A DNA stretch of 64,000 nucleotides from Marsupella aquatica (taxonomy: Eukaryota > Plantae > Marchantiophyta): contig OZ316893.1 of NCBI GenBank assembly GCA_973895155.1, positions 11,672,359-11,736,358 on the forward strand, given 5' to 3'. Under the pieces are notes generated by a model that saw nothing but the letters and a program-made list of their open reading frames with translations, was not told the origin of the DNA and searched no databases. Shown one piece after another: positions 63,901 to 64,000 of this stretch. Numbering within the stretch: the stretch's first letter is position 1; each line of letters starts with the position of its first letter. Position numbers and translations under genes: made by a program.

Positions 63901-64000
63901 AAAGTAGTTAGTATTCATACCGGTGATCTTGTGCTACTTTATGATAGTAGGTATAGTAGGTTTCCAGGAAAGCTTTACACTCGCTGGTTAGGACCCTTTA
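60901..64000 (+). CDS. pol: Gypsy Pol: RT - RNase H - integrase, open to the window end; non-chromovirus type
   Basis: RT: WVSPIVIVPKK..VCQDYKKLN..FPLP..DGYSGYNQI..MPFGLCNAP..IFIDDF. RNase H: FHVFVDVS..ERNYSTTEREAL..HTDH. Integrase: H..GGHF..YWWP..CDPCQR, WGIDYIGP, SDRG. Domain order is gypsy; no additional archaeal-type RNase H seen. Confidence 0.93.
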   Translation, partial: MGSSSRDSGFSAGVVAEPTGSTTPSIIGKELNTKGSAYKPITRAEQIEALLEAERAQRPNSQEQEVDEMDRHDPEPRQEGEPTTNSKPNKPVRGQSMDTKEGTDSASPAEIPVYGGMRLERLEAELDPNLKKQINMIQARQYRKLDLGEGRELNLGRNLAPELEKEISDLLIEFQDVFAWSHQDLKGVDPTLGEHRIDLMLGAKSFRQPIRRMNPKYSLLVKTEIDKLVEAGFITPVLHSDWVSPIVIVPKKAGPDGKPKIRVCQDYKKLNEATLKDHFPLPFTDMVLDMVASHELYSFMDGYSGYNQIRIRQEDQIKTAFITEWGIYVFNRMPFGLCNAPAMFQRLMVNIFHDYLRKFMEIFIDDFAVFGKASKHAKYLRKTFMRCREVGLKLHPDKCFFAVTEGVLLGHKVSRKGIEIDKGKLAVWLDIMQPKNIKDVRSFLGCIGYYRRFIKDFAKLALPLTNMLKAGADFEPTPERVTAVVELKQMLVEAPVMIAPDWNKDFHVFVDVSGFCIGSVLSQLDEKGRDHPIYFASRQLADAERNYSTTEREALGVIYSCKKFRHYLLGYKVIFHTDHESLKYLVNKPDLTGRVARWILLLQEFDYELRIKPGKLHANADFFSRITGKPATDCIDDRFPDEELFVVEIAGTWYPEILQFLSTSRLQPGLSREQAAVFVRKVRQYQCIKGILHKHGINDTIQRCLEKREVKRVLRAMHGEEAGGHFAPVTTSKKILNAGYWWPTLHKDVYQFIKQCDPCQRAGGPRASTRHPLHPILPLAPFEKWGIDYIGPLKPLTHPRRNKYIILATDYATKWVEARPTTKDDAITTARFMYEQIFTRYGAPLELVSDRGTHFLNDIISRLNEQYLVKHRPTTPYHPKANGLTERANGIIGKILNKTVAQNKLDWDDKLFAAVFAYNLAYKSTTGHTPFFLTFGQEALVPMQLEIPTFQVTIEERASAEESLKEREYRLEALEEARMISAERVEYRQNIMKQQYDKRLKVVSIHTGDLVLLYDSRYSRFPGKLYTRWLGPF

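Overview
Eukaryotic land-plant nuclear DNA; intron style, long intron-containing 5' UTRs and the TE families suggest a bryophyte, possibly a liverwort (inference). Three host genes with no apparent reading-frame lesions: an SR45a/Tra2-like RRM splicing factor (2592-5629, +), a full-size ABCG/PDR transporter (24078-33098, +, 23 coding exons) and an Orange (OR) DnaJ-like zinc-finger chaperone (36999-34433, -, 8 exons). The rest is TE-rich: a foldback/MITE carrying a retroposed stub, a TA-flanked TIR element, a decayed L1-type LINE split by a MITE and by a 5.8-kb PIF/Harbinger element with an unexplained third gene, a ~127-bp satellite, IS3EU-, hAT- and CACTA-like remnants, and a young head-to-tail Ty3/gypsy array with a 10,854-bp period. 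The most unusual feature is the segment between the gypsy PPT and PBS (53302-57937). It looks like a single 4.6-kb LTR containing a ~1200-codon sense-strand ORF. All calls come from reading the sequence; no database searches were run.
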